DNA of 64,000 nucleotides from the NCBI GenBank assembly GCA_964424335.1, contig CAYRIY010000006.1:36-64035 (forward strand). The letters run 5' to 3'. The position numbers and the translations under genes were made by a program. Each line of letters begins with the position of its first letter. The stretch's first letter is position 1. The stretch is from an uncultured Clostridia bacterium. Its GTDB lineage: Bacteria > Bacillota > Limnochordia > DTU080 > RSA5. Under the pieces are notes generated by a model. That model had not been told where the DNA came from. It saw nothing but the letters and a program-made list of their open reading frames with translations, and made no database searches. Shown in pieces: positions 56,879-64,000 of this stretch.

Positions 56879-58183
56879 CTAAACGCCGGCCTCACACTGG
56901 GCCTGGAAAATGCGGCGAGCGTCGATCAACGCCGATCTTGCGTCGCCGTCCCCAATCGCAGCATTGGTCAAGGCTCCTCCGAGCAACCGATCGAGATCGC
57001 CCGTGGTCACGCCCACGCAACGCTGTGCAAAAGGCATGCCGGCGTTTGCAACTTCGGCCACGACGCCCCAGTACGGGTGCGTCTCGAGGTACGCGGGGTT
57101 GAGGTTTTGCTCAGGATTTGATGACATGCGCCCTTGCTGCATGATAAACCAGGCGCCCCCTTGCTCGGCGATCGAAAGCCACTTGAGCAGCTCCCAAGCG
57201 AGCTCGGGATGCTTGGTGTCGCTCGAAATGCCCCAGCCCCAACCCGGTACGAGCACCGAGCGGAGCGGCTCGCCATCCGGAGCGGGAAGCGGCGACATCG
57301 CCATTTCGATTTCGGGGTTTCCTTGGGAGAAAATAAACCAGTCCCCGTCGATGCCCATGTACATCGCTACCTCTTCATTCTCAAACGGCGGCCGTCCCTC
57401 CCCGGCGCCAGACGGGTGCACAGGGCCCAGGCCGGCTTGGAAATCGAGCATCCACTCCGCCACGCTCACGATGCGATCGATGTCCGGTAGCGCCGTCGTG
57501 CTGGCCGGGTTGAAAAGCTGCGTCCCCCACTGCTCGACCAAGGTCTCGAGCAGTCGATAGTTTCTATTGTTGTTGTTGGTCACGATGTCGATGCCTCGCT
57601 GGGTATACGCGCCGTCTCCCGACATCCGCGTGAGCAGGCGGGCGGCCCGCTCCCACTCGGAGTGGGTCTTGGGCGGGTTGTTGGCGTCAAGACCCGCTTC
57701 CCAAAAGAGCCGAGTGTTGTAGTACATCAGGTGGCGCCCGAGATTGATCGTCATGGGTAGGAAGTACGTTTTCCCGTCCGCAACGATCGCCTCGGCGATG
57801 CTCGGGTAGATCATCGAGTCAAACGTGAGCCCGTCGGCTTTCGCAAAGTCGTCAAGGGCGAGCAGGTTGCCTTGCCTACCCCGTGATGGACCGGACTCCC
57901 AGTTGACCATTGCGATGTCCGGCCCGACGCCGGCGGCCCAAGCAGCGATCAGCTTTTGATTGAGCGTCCCACCCACCTCATAGTCGACGATTTCCACACC
58001 TGGATGCAACGCTTCGAATCGGTCGAGCACTTCCCGAAGCAGAGGATGGCGATCTCCGCTCCAGCGGTGCATGACTTCCAACGTGATTTTCTCTTCTGCA
58101 GCCGACGCCGAGGCAAACACGCCGATCAGCATCATAACCGCCGCTACTGGAACAAACCATCTGTAACCTTTGGACCAATTCAT
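56879..58183 (-). CDS. ABC transporter extracellular solute-binding protein (sugar)
   Basis: Signal/anchor MNWSKGYRWFVPVAAVMMLIGVFASASAAEE, then an SBP_bac_1 fold. Confidence 0.85.
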   Translation of the reverse strand: MNWSKGYRWFVPVAAVMMLIGVFASASAAEEKITLEVMHRWSGDRHPLLREVLDRFEALHPGVEIVDYEVGGTLNQKLIAAWAAGVGPDIAMVNWESGPSRGRQGNLLALDDFAKADGLTFDSMIYPSIAEAIVADGKTYFLPMTINLGRHLMYYNTRLFWEAGLDANNPPKTHSEWERAARLLTRMSGDGAYTQRGIDIVTNNNNRNYRLLETLVEQWGTQLFNPASTTALPDIDRIVSVAEWMLDFQAGLGPVHPSGAGEGRPPFENEEVAMYMGIDGDWFIFSQGNPEIEMAMSPLPAPDGEPLRSVLVPGWGWGISSDTKHPELAWELLKWLSIAEQGGAWFIMQQGRMSSNPEQNLNPAYLETHPYWGVVAEVANAGMPFAQRCVGVTTGDLDRLLGGALTNAAIGDGDARSALIDARRIFQAQCEAGV

Positions 58184-58382
58184 CTGCTAGACAACCTCCT
58201 TTGTATCAATGGATTGTAACGTTACAACTACGATTGAGTTCGTCCCTATATCATCCCTTCCTTCCTGATGACGCAAGTGTACACACATTTTTCACTCGCG
58301 CCAAACTCATGACAAATGCGCAAATACGCTTTGTAGCTCGAATTATGCCTGCGCATGCTCACAAGGCGCAGATTGCAACGAT

Positions 58383-58419
58383 TTCATCGACGGTGAGAGA
58401 TGTTCACCGTCGATGAAAC
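58383..58419 (-). terminator. perfect 15-bp inverted repeat (tttcatcgacggtga-gagatgt-tcaccgtcgatgaaa), possible U-tract-less terminator or protein-binding site
   Basis: Lies 20 nt downstream of the stop of the FAD oxidoreductase gene. No T-tract. Confidence 0.3.
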
Positions 58420-58438
58420 CGTAGGCGCGCTTTGAGCG

Positions 58439-59917
58439 TCAGGCGGTAGATCCGGCAGAAGCTTGAGGAACGGTGATGCGGGCGCCTTGAGCCAACAGGA
58501 GTTGCTGCAAGGCCCGCGTCGAAACCTCTCGCACGTCCTTGTGGCGCTCCTTAAATGCAATCGCGGCGGCGGCCCCACCCGCATGACCAAGCGCCATGCC
58601 GATCGGCATGACACGGATGGCCGCCATCGCCTCGTGGGTTGCAGAGATGCAGCGCCCCACGACGAGGAGGTTGGCAACGCCAAGCGGCACGAGAGATCGA
58701 TAGGGAATGTCGTACGTGTCTTTGGGATGCTCGAGCGTGCAGTCCGGGCCGTTGGGGTGATGCAAGTCGATCGGATAGCTCGCAACGGTGATGCAGTCGT
58801 CGAATCTGCGGCTCTCCAGGATATCGTCACGATCGAGGATGTACTCGCCGATGATCCGGCGGGTCTCCCGGATGCCCAGGCGATGCGCCGTGTCGATGAC
58901 GTACGCATCCTCAAACCCCGGGATGTACTCCCTCAAAAACTTCTCAACCACCCACACGTCCTTGCGTGCCTGCATTTCACCCCGACTGAGGTCCTCTGCG
59001 TCCGTGGCGTCGATCAACACGCGGGTCATGTTGACGGCAACTTCGCCCGGGCGAGGCTGGGTGATAAAGATGACCCGGTTGTTGTGCAAGGGGAAGTCGC
59101 CGGCCGCCTTCGCCTCTTCGAGCACCTCCCGCATGCCGACGACGATGAAGTTGTCGGTGCGCACGTAATGTTCCGCGGGAATCAAGTCACAACCAAAGCG
59201 CTGAGGGTCGGCGGCGATCGCGAGCCGCGTCTTGGCAATGTCGACGCCGCTCATGCGAAACATCAGCGTGGCCGGCTGCATCTGCCCGTGGGCGTTCCCC
59301 TTCTCCCAGGTCGCTCCCGCCAAGTAGGCCACATCGCCATCGCCCGTGCCGTCGATGAACCATTCGCCGGCCACGGCGCTTCTGCCGGACTTGTTCTCGA
59401 TCAAGAGGTGCGTGATGCGGCGCCGCCCTCCGCCTTGCTCACCTGCAGCCTTGGGGCCTGGCGGCGTATCGAGTTCCCCCTCGACGGCAACGGACTGCAC
59501 GTCGACGACGAGGCTGTGCAAGAGGACGTCGACGCCGGCCTTCTCCAACTCTTCGATGACGACGCGCTTGAAAATCTCGGGATCGACGGGCGCGTAGCTG
59601 ATGTGGAGCGGGTCGCAACCGTGTCCCACGCATCCGCCGAGCTCGATGACTCGATCGATGATCTCTTTGCCGATCCCCTTGATCACTTCGTTTCCCTGCT
59701 GGTCGAGGAAGGAGAGGAGCGGCAGATATATGGTGGCGTTGCCCCCGCAGAAGGCGTACCGCTCGATGAGCAGCGTGCGGGCGCCGCTTCGGGCAGCCGC
59801 GATCGCCGCGCAAAGCCCCGATGTGCCGCCACCTGCGACCACGACGTCGTAGGCGTGACGGACGGGCGTTTGCCGGGCCGGCTCGTTGATCCAGGCTTCG
59901 ATTTGTTCCGGGTTCAT
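58439..59917 (-). CDS. FAD-dependent oxidoreductase
   Basis: FAD-binding GxGxxG YDVVVAGGGTSGLCAAIAAARSGARTLLIERYAFCGGNAT. Start re-called at 59917 to avoid overlap with the upstream gene. Confidence 0.75.
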   Translation of the reverse strand: MNPEQIEAWINEPARQTPVRHAYDVVVAGGGTSGLCAAIAAARSGARTLLIERYAFCGGNATIYLPLLSFLDQQGNEVIKGIGKEIIDRVIELGGCVGHGCDPLHISYAPVDPEIFKRVVIEELEKAGVDVLLHSLVVDVQSVAVEGELDTPPGPKAAGEQGGGRRRITHLLIENKSGRSAVAGEWFIDGTGDGDVAYLAGATWEKGNAHGQMQPATLMFRMSGVDIAKTRLAIAADPQRFGCDLIPAEHYVRTDNFIVVGMREVLEEAKAAGDFPLHNNRVIFITQPRPGEVAVNMTRVLIDATDAEDLSRGEMQARKDVWVVEKFLREYIPGFEDAYVIDTAHRLGIRETRRIIGEYILDRDDILESRRFDDCITVASYPIDLHHPNGPDCTLEHPKDTYDIPYRSLVPLGVANLLVVGRCISATHEAMAAIRVMPIGMALGHAGGAAAAIAFKERHKDVREVSTRALQQLLLAQGARITVPQASAGSTA

Positions 59918-60008
59918 CTGGTCGTGAATCCTCCTATGCACTTTCCCCCAGGCGCTGTACATCCACGTGTCGCCCGTGGACACCATCAGGGCATGGCGCG
60001 GCCCGGAT

Positions 60009-60869
60009 TTAGGCCGACTCCTGCCCAAGCGCCCTCGCGGCTAGGGCGTCCAGCTCCTCGACGCTGCGTCGCCATGCCTCGATCGGGTAGTCCGGTCCCG
60101 GTCCCCATGGCGGCGTCTCCATCGTCATCGGCGCTTCAAAACCGATGCGCGCCGCAAAACTGAACACGGCGTCCCAGTCGACCTCACCGTGGCCCGGCGC
60201 GAGGTGCGAGTCGCGGTCGCCGGCGTTGTCCGCGAGGTGCCAAGCGGCGATGCGCTCGCCCATCGCTTCCAGGATTTGAACCGCCTTTTCACGGCCGGAA
60301 AGCAGTCCGTGTCCCGTGTCATAGACGAAGCCCACGTTGGGGTCGTCGATTTGGCGCGCCAATTCACGAATGTGCTCCGGCTCCGAAAAGTATCGCCCGC
60401 CGCGCTCTCCCGGCACCATGTTCTCAAGTCCGATGACGACGCCGGCTGCCCTGGCGGCGGGGAGCAGTTCCTCGATGCTCTTTAGCAGTTGGTCGTGGTA
60501 TCGGTTGAGTCCATTGTCCTCCGCCGGGTAGCGATTGGTGGTCGGGTGCTGGATCACTACCTTGGCGCCCAAGTGGCCGGCAACTCCGATCCAGCGAATC
60601 ATGCGCTGCACCGCGCCGCGGCGTTGTGTTTCGTAGAACGAAGCGATGTCGTCGTCTGTGGCAAAGGGCAGGTGAAACGAGTTGACCGCGATACCCGCCT
60701 GTGCGTACCGTTCGCGGACCTCTTTCAACTCCTGCTCACGCAGGCCGTCCGCCCCGCCAACTCCGTACTCCAGAGCCCGGACGCCCGTGGCCTTGCAAAT
60801 CTCGATGATCCGCTCCACGTCGAACTTTGCAACTGAACCGATGAATGCCCATGTCCAGGTCTTTCCCAC
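60009..60869 (-). CDS. sugar phosphate isomerase/epimerase (TIM barrel)
   Basis: Xylose-isomerase-like TIM barrel family pattern (HLGAKVVIQHP, GLENM, GFVYDTGH). Confidence 0.75.
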   Translation of the reverse strand: MGKTWTWAFIGSVAKFDVERIIEICKATGVRALEYGVGGADGLREQELKEVRERYAQAGIAVNSFHLPFATDDDIASFYETQRRGAVQRMIRWIGVAGHLGAKVVIQHPTTNRYPAEDNGLNRYHDQLLKSIEELLPAARAAGVVIGLENMVPGERGGRYFSEPEHIRELARQIDDPNVGFVYDTGHGLLSGREKAVQILEAMGERIAAWHLADNAGDRDSHLAPGHGEVDWDAVFSFAARIGFEAPMTMETPPWGPGPDYPIEAWRRSVEELDALAARALGQESA

Positions 60870-60906
60870 GTCTTTGTCGCTCCTTTCTGACTTTGGCGCT
60901 GCCTAA

Positions 60907-61587
60907 TTACGGGTGGTACGTCGCACTTGCCCCTAGGTGGCCGTGCGCGTTCGCATAGCATAGGACGGGCGCCCCCGTCTCGCCGCGAAACTCAAAACAA
61001 GTGACGGAGCAATTGTAGATGTCGACTCGCCCGCTCCAAGCGTCGTGTGCGGAAAGGCCGAGCAAGACGGCGAGGAGGTGCCGGGCGAAATGCGCGTGGG
61101 TCACGAGCGCAACGGGCGCATCCCCTGGGGCGTGTCGCCGGAGGAGCTCGTCCCGAACAAACTCGGCCCGGGAAAAGAGCTCTTCCCAGCTTTCTTCGGT
61201 GCGCTCCGCCGCCCAACCTCGGTCTTTAGGAAATTCGTCGCCAAATGGGATCTCGGGAAACCGAGCCGCCAATTCAGCGCCTGTTAGCCCCGGCTCTTCA
61301 AAAAAGTAACCCCACTCGACCAATTCGGCCCACGGGCGAGGCGCGACGCCGATCGCCCGCCCGATCGCAAGCGCCGTCTCGCACGTGCGAATGGCCGGGC
61401 TGCAGTATAGATGGGCGATCCCTTTCCCCCGCAACCACGCCCCGGTGAGCTCCGCCTGGCGCAATCCGGCTTCAGTCAGCGGGCAATCGTAAGGGCCCTC
61501 GCGGTCCCGATTTCGCTCGGACTCCCCATGTCGTATGATGTAGAGCAACACGCATGCATCATCTCCGTTCGGCGCATACATTCGCAA
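60907..61587 (-). CDS. histidine phosphatase family protein (phosphoglycerate mutase-like)
   Basis: RHGESERN catalytic motif, and LVTHAHF. Confidence 0.8.
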   Translation of the reverse strand: MRMYAPNGDDACVLLYIIRHGESERNRDREGPYDCPLTEAGLRQAELTGAWLRGKGIAHLYCSPAIRTCETALAIGRAIGVAPRPWAELVEWGYFFEEPGLTGAELAARFPEIPFGDEFPKDRGWAAERTEESWEELFSRAEFVRDELLRRHAPGDAPVALVTHAHFARHLLAVLLGLSAHDAWSGRVDIYNCSVTCFEFRGETGAPVLCYANAHGHLGASATYHP

Positions 61588-61621
61588 AGAGCAAGGTTAA
61601 GGCGGCTATGCGGGGGAACGC

Positions 61622-63301
61622 CTAGCGCGCGGCCTCCCGCACGCGGTTTCTCAAGGCCTTCAGGCTGCGCATCGCCGCCCCTCCGCTCCCCTTGCCGAAA
61701 TGGTCGAAAAGGTTGCGGTACACCGAGTACACCTCTTGATACACCCGGTGACGGCCCGGATTGGGGCGGAACGTCTCCGCGGGCGCTTCGGCCATCCTGG
61801 CCACGGCTTCGCTCGCAGTGGCGTAGCCACCCCGCTTTGGTCCGGCCGCGACGGCTGCAAAGATCGCCGAGCCGAGGGCGGACGCTTGCGCGGCGCCGGC
61901 CGTTTCGATGGCGCGCCCCGTGACGTCCGCCAACATCTGGAGCATGAGCGGGCTCCGGGCGGCGATCCCGCCGCAGGCCCGCACGGTGTTCACCGCGACG
62001 CCCCCGTCTTCGAAGGCCCGGATGATCTCGAAGGCGCCAAAGACCGCCCCTTCCATCAACGCTCGGTACACGTCCTCCGGGCGGGTCTGCAAGGTATAGC
62101 CCAAGACCAACCCGCTCAGATCCCCGTCGGCGAGGGGCGATCGGTTGCCGTTCCACCAGTCGAGCGCGATGAGCCCCGTCTCTCCCGGAACGAGGTCCTC
62201 AGCGAGGCGCTCGAGGTACTGCTGCGTTGATACGCCAAGGCGAGCCGCCTCTTTGGCGTAGCGGGCCGGCGCAAAGTGTTCGGAAAACCAAGAGAACGTA
62301 TCGCCCACGGCAGGTTGCCCGGCCTCAAAGCCGATATAGCCGGCCACGATCCCATCACGAACGGCGCCCGAGATGCCGGGAATCGGAAGCCGCGATTCGC
62401 CAAGCACCATGTGGCACAGCGAGGTGCCCATGACGAGCACGAGCGTGCCCGGCTTTGCGACCCCCGAGCCGGGTACGGCCGCATGTGCGTCGATGTTGGC
62501 GACCGCGACGGGCGTTCCGGGATTCAAACCGAGGTCGGCCGCGGCAAGGGGTGTGAGCCCGCCCGCCCGTTGCCCCGGGGAAAGGTAACGGCCGAGCAGC
62601 TTGCTTTGGACCAAAGTGAGGAGGTCGGGATCCAGGGAGGCGAGGTACTCCTCGGGAAACCCGTCGTCCCAAAGCGTCTTGAACGACACGGCGGAGACGC
62701 CTCCCACCGCCTCGCCTGTCAACGTCCAGACGATCCAGTCCCCGGCTTCGACAAAGCGCGCAGCCGCCGCAAAGACGCCGGGAGATTGCTTGCTGATCCT
62801 CCAGACCTTTGGAAGGAAACTCTCAGCAGGGATTTTGCCGCCGTACCACTTGAGGAAGGACTCGCCGCGCCGCAGCGCATGCTCGGTCATGGCCGTCGCC
62901 TCTCCTTGGGCGTTTTGGTCCTTCCACAGGCATACCCACGCGTCCGGGTCGGCTTCAAAACGCGGCTGCCAGCACAAAGGGCGACCGTCTTGATCGACTG
63001 GGAGCAGGGTGCATGACGTAAAGTCGAGCCCGATGCCGATCACGGCATCCGGATGCACGCCCGACGACGCAAGCACGCCACGCACACCCTCGCGCAGCGC
63101 CACCAAGTAATCGCTCGGGTTTTGGCGCGCCGCCCCGGGCGGCAGCGGAGTCTCGCTGCCGGGCAGGAGGTATTCGATGACCCCGTGCTCGTATGGCGAC
63201 TCCATCCAGGCCGCCTCCGCGCCCGACTCCACGTCGACCAACACCGTTCGAGCCGAAAGCGTGCCAAAATCAATGCCTACCACGTATCGCCTGGTTGCCA
63301 C
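61622..63301 (-). CDS. FGGY-family carbohydrate kinase (ribulokinase-like)
   Basis: N-terminus YVVGIDFGTLSARTVLVD. Length about 559 aa. Typical of AraB-type FGGY kinases. Confidence 0.8.
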   Translation of the reverse strand: MATRRYVVGIDFGTLSARTVLVDVESGAEAAWMESPYEHGVIEYLLPGSETPLPPGAARQNPSDYLVALREGVRGVLASSGVHPDAVIGIGLDFTSCTLLPVDQDGRPLCWQPRFEADPDAWVCLWKDQNAQGEATAMTEHALRRGESFLKWYGGKIPAESFLPKVWRISKQSPGVFAAAARFVEAGDWIVWTLTGEAVGGVSAVSFKTLWDDGFPEEYLASLDPDLLTLVQSKLLGRYLSPGQRAGGLTPLAAADLGLNPGTPVAVANIDAHAAVPGSGVAKPGTLVLVMGTSLCHMVLGESRLPIPGISGAVRDGIVAGYIGFEAGQPAVGDTFSWFSEHFAPARYAKEAARLGVSTQQYLERLAEDLVPGETGLIALDWWNGNRSPLADGDLSGLVLGYTLQTRPEDVYRALMEGAVFGAFEIIRAFEDGGVAVNTVRACGGIAARSPLMLQMLADVTGRAIETAGAAQASALGSAIFAAVAAGPKRGGYATASEAVARMAEAPAETFRPNPGRHRVYQEVYSVYRNLFDHFGKGSGGAAMRSLKALRNRVREAAR

Positions 63302-63371
63302 CCAATTGCCTCCCGTACCTTAAAAAGCGTTTTGATCGACGCGTCTTGGCTCAAAATCGAATGCCGCGCGC

Positions 63372-64000
63372 CTATGCGTACTCGGCGGCGAGTTCCTCGA
63401 CCAATTCAGGCAAGATGCCGACATCCGCCGCCAAGTCAAACAACGTGTACCGCTCGCGCAAAAACCGACACCAGCCGATCGCCCGGACCGCCACGTCGCG
63501 TTGGATACCGAGATCAGATAAGCGCGTCGGACAGCCCGCCTTGTGCAAGACATCAGCAATCTCCGACGGCCGCGGGAGCCTCGAGAGTTCCTGGCGCGCA
63601 AGCGACCAGCGGTCGGCAATGCGCGTTCGCCGCGCTTTTCTCGCCGTTTCGTCAAACTTCGAGAGGCCGAAGTTTTCGGGCACGCCGTCGATCTTTAATT
63701 CTTTGAGGACCTCCTCAGGTCGGACCTCTACCAAAGCCGCGGCAGGCAACGTGTCTACCTGTTGCAACGCCTCGGCCACCCTGCTCGCGATGAGCGTGCC
63801 GACGCCCACGACATGCCCATGGGCAGGCGGACGCATCCCCCGATTGGCACTCCACATCTCAATAAAGTGCGAGACGAGATGCTCCGCCCCCGAGGTGGGC
63901 CTGGAGCTTCCCACGTGCAAGACAGAAGCGCCGGCTCGCACCAACGCCTCCATCAAATCGCCCACCGCTTCCGGTGAGCGCTCCGACACGGACGAAGCGG
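63372..64000 (-). CDS. iron-containing alcohol dehydrogenase family protein (glycerol-1-phosphate dehydrogenase / AraM-like), N-terminus beyond the window
   Basis: SGAEHLVSHFIEM and GHVVGVG metal-binding region. Lies next to the FGGY kinase, as in ara operons. The true start is probably beyond the window end, so the call is truncated. Confidence 0.55.
   Translation of the reverse strand, partial: ASSVSERSPEAVGDLMEALVRAGASVLHVGSSRPTSGAEHLVSHFIEMWSANRGMRPPAHGHVVGVGTLIASRVAEALQQVDTLPAAALVEVRPEEVLKELKIDGVPENFGLSKFDETARKARRTRIADRWSLARQELSRLPRPSEIADVLHKAGCPTRLSDLGIQRDVAVRAIGWCRFLRERYTLFDLAADVGILPELVEELAAEYA

Noticed and set aside
58463-60163. 566-aa plus-strand ORF
   Set aside because: Antisense to the FAD oxidoreductase and TIM-barrel genes, which have clear sense-strand signatures. 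Low-complexity Arg/Ala/Gly composition.
1-64000. Mobile elements, tRNA/rRNA genes, CRISPR arrays
   Set aside because: No transposase/integrase/recombinase-like ORFs, no terminal repeats suggestive of IS elements, no tRNA-like cloverleaf candidates and no regular repeat-spacer arrays were seen.

Overview
High-GC bacterial window of 64 kb. Neighbouring genes have a Firmicute-like flavour (ara-type kinase/G1PDH, YheC/D ATP-grasp, T-box-regulated ilvB). Its dominant content is a roughly 31.5 kb minus-strand operon (about 36015 down to 4454) encoding a phage-tail-like extracellular/cytoplasmic contractile injection system (eCIS/CIS, Afp/PVC-like). Gene order and calls are: DUF4255 tail terminator, unknown, sheath, tube, a large sheath paralog with FN3-like inserts, second tube, LysM tube-initiator-like protein, an unannotated 56-aa ORF, gpD hub, gpV spike, an unusual 572-aa protein with a C-terminal transmembrane tail, gp25 wedge, baseplate J, Afp12/gpI-like protein, two fibre-like proteins sharing an N-terminal docking motif, a large unknown in the tape-measure position, Afp15-like AAA+ ATPase, and a 1291-aa DUF4157/HExxH effector candidate with acidic EEPVQ tandem repeats. 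Two paralogous structured intergenic elements of about 135 nt sit just upstream of ribosome-binding sites inside the operon, with a conserved core but different, self-complementary closing stems. Downstream on the same strand are a TPR protein and a translationally coupled GT2-methyltransferase-GT2 protein. The rest of the window is ordinary housekeeping and sugar-catabolic content: lepB, a GntR/PBP regulator, four solute-binding proteins, a MATE-like transporter, a 2-hydroxyacid dehydrogenase, TIM-barrel isomerases, a T-box leader plus ilvB, IclR, an ABC-2 exporter pair, an adenylate-kinase-like protein, AraC, a sulfatase, a FAD oxidoreductase, a histidine phosphatase, an FGGY kinase and a partial Fe-ADH/G1PDH-like gene. 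No transposases, integrases, tRNA/rRNA genes or CRISPR arrays were seen. The ORF track counts GTG/TTG as Met and always takes the most upstream start, so many true starts lie downstream of the listed ones.
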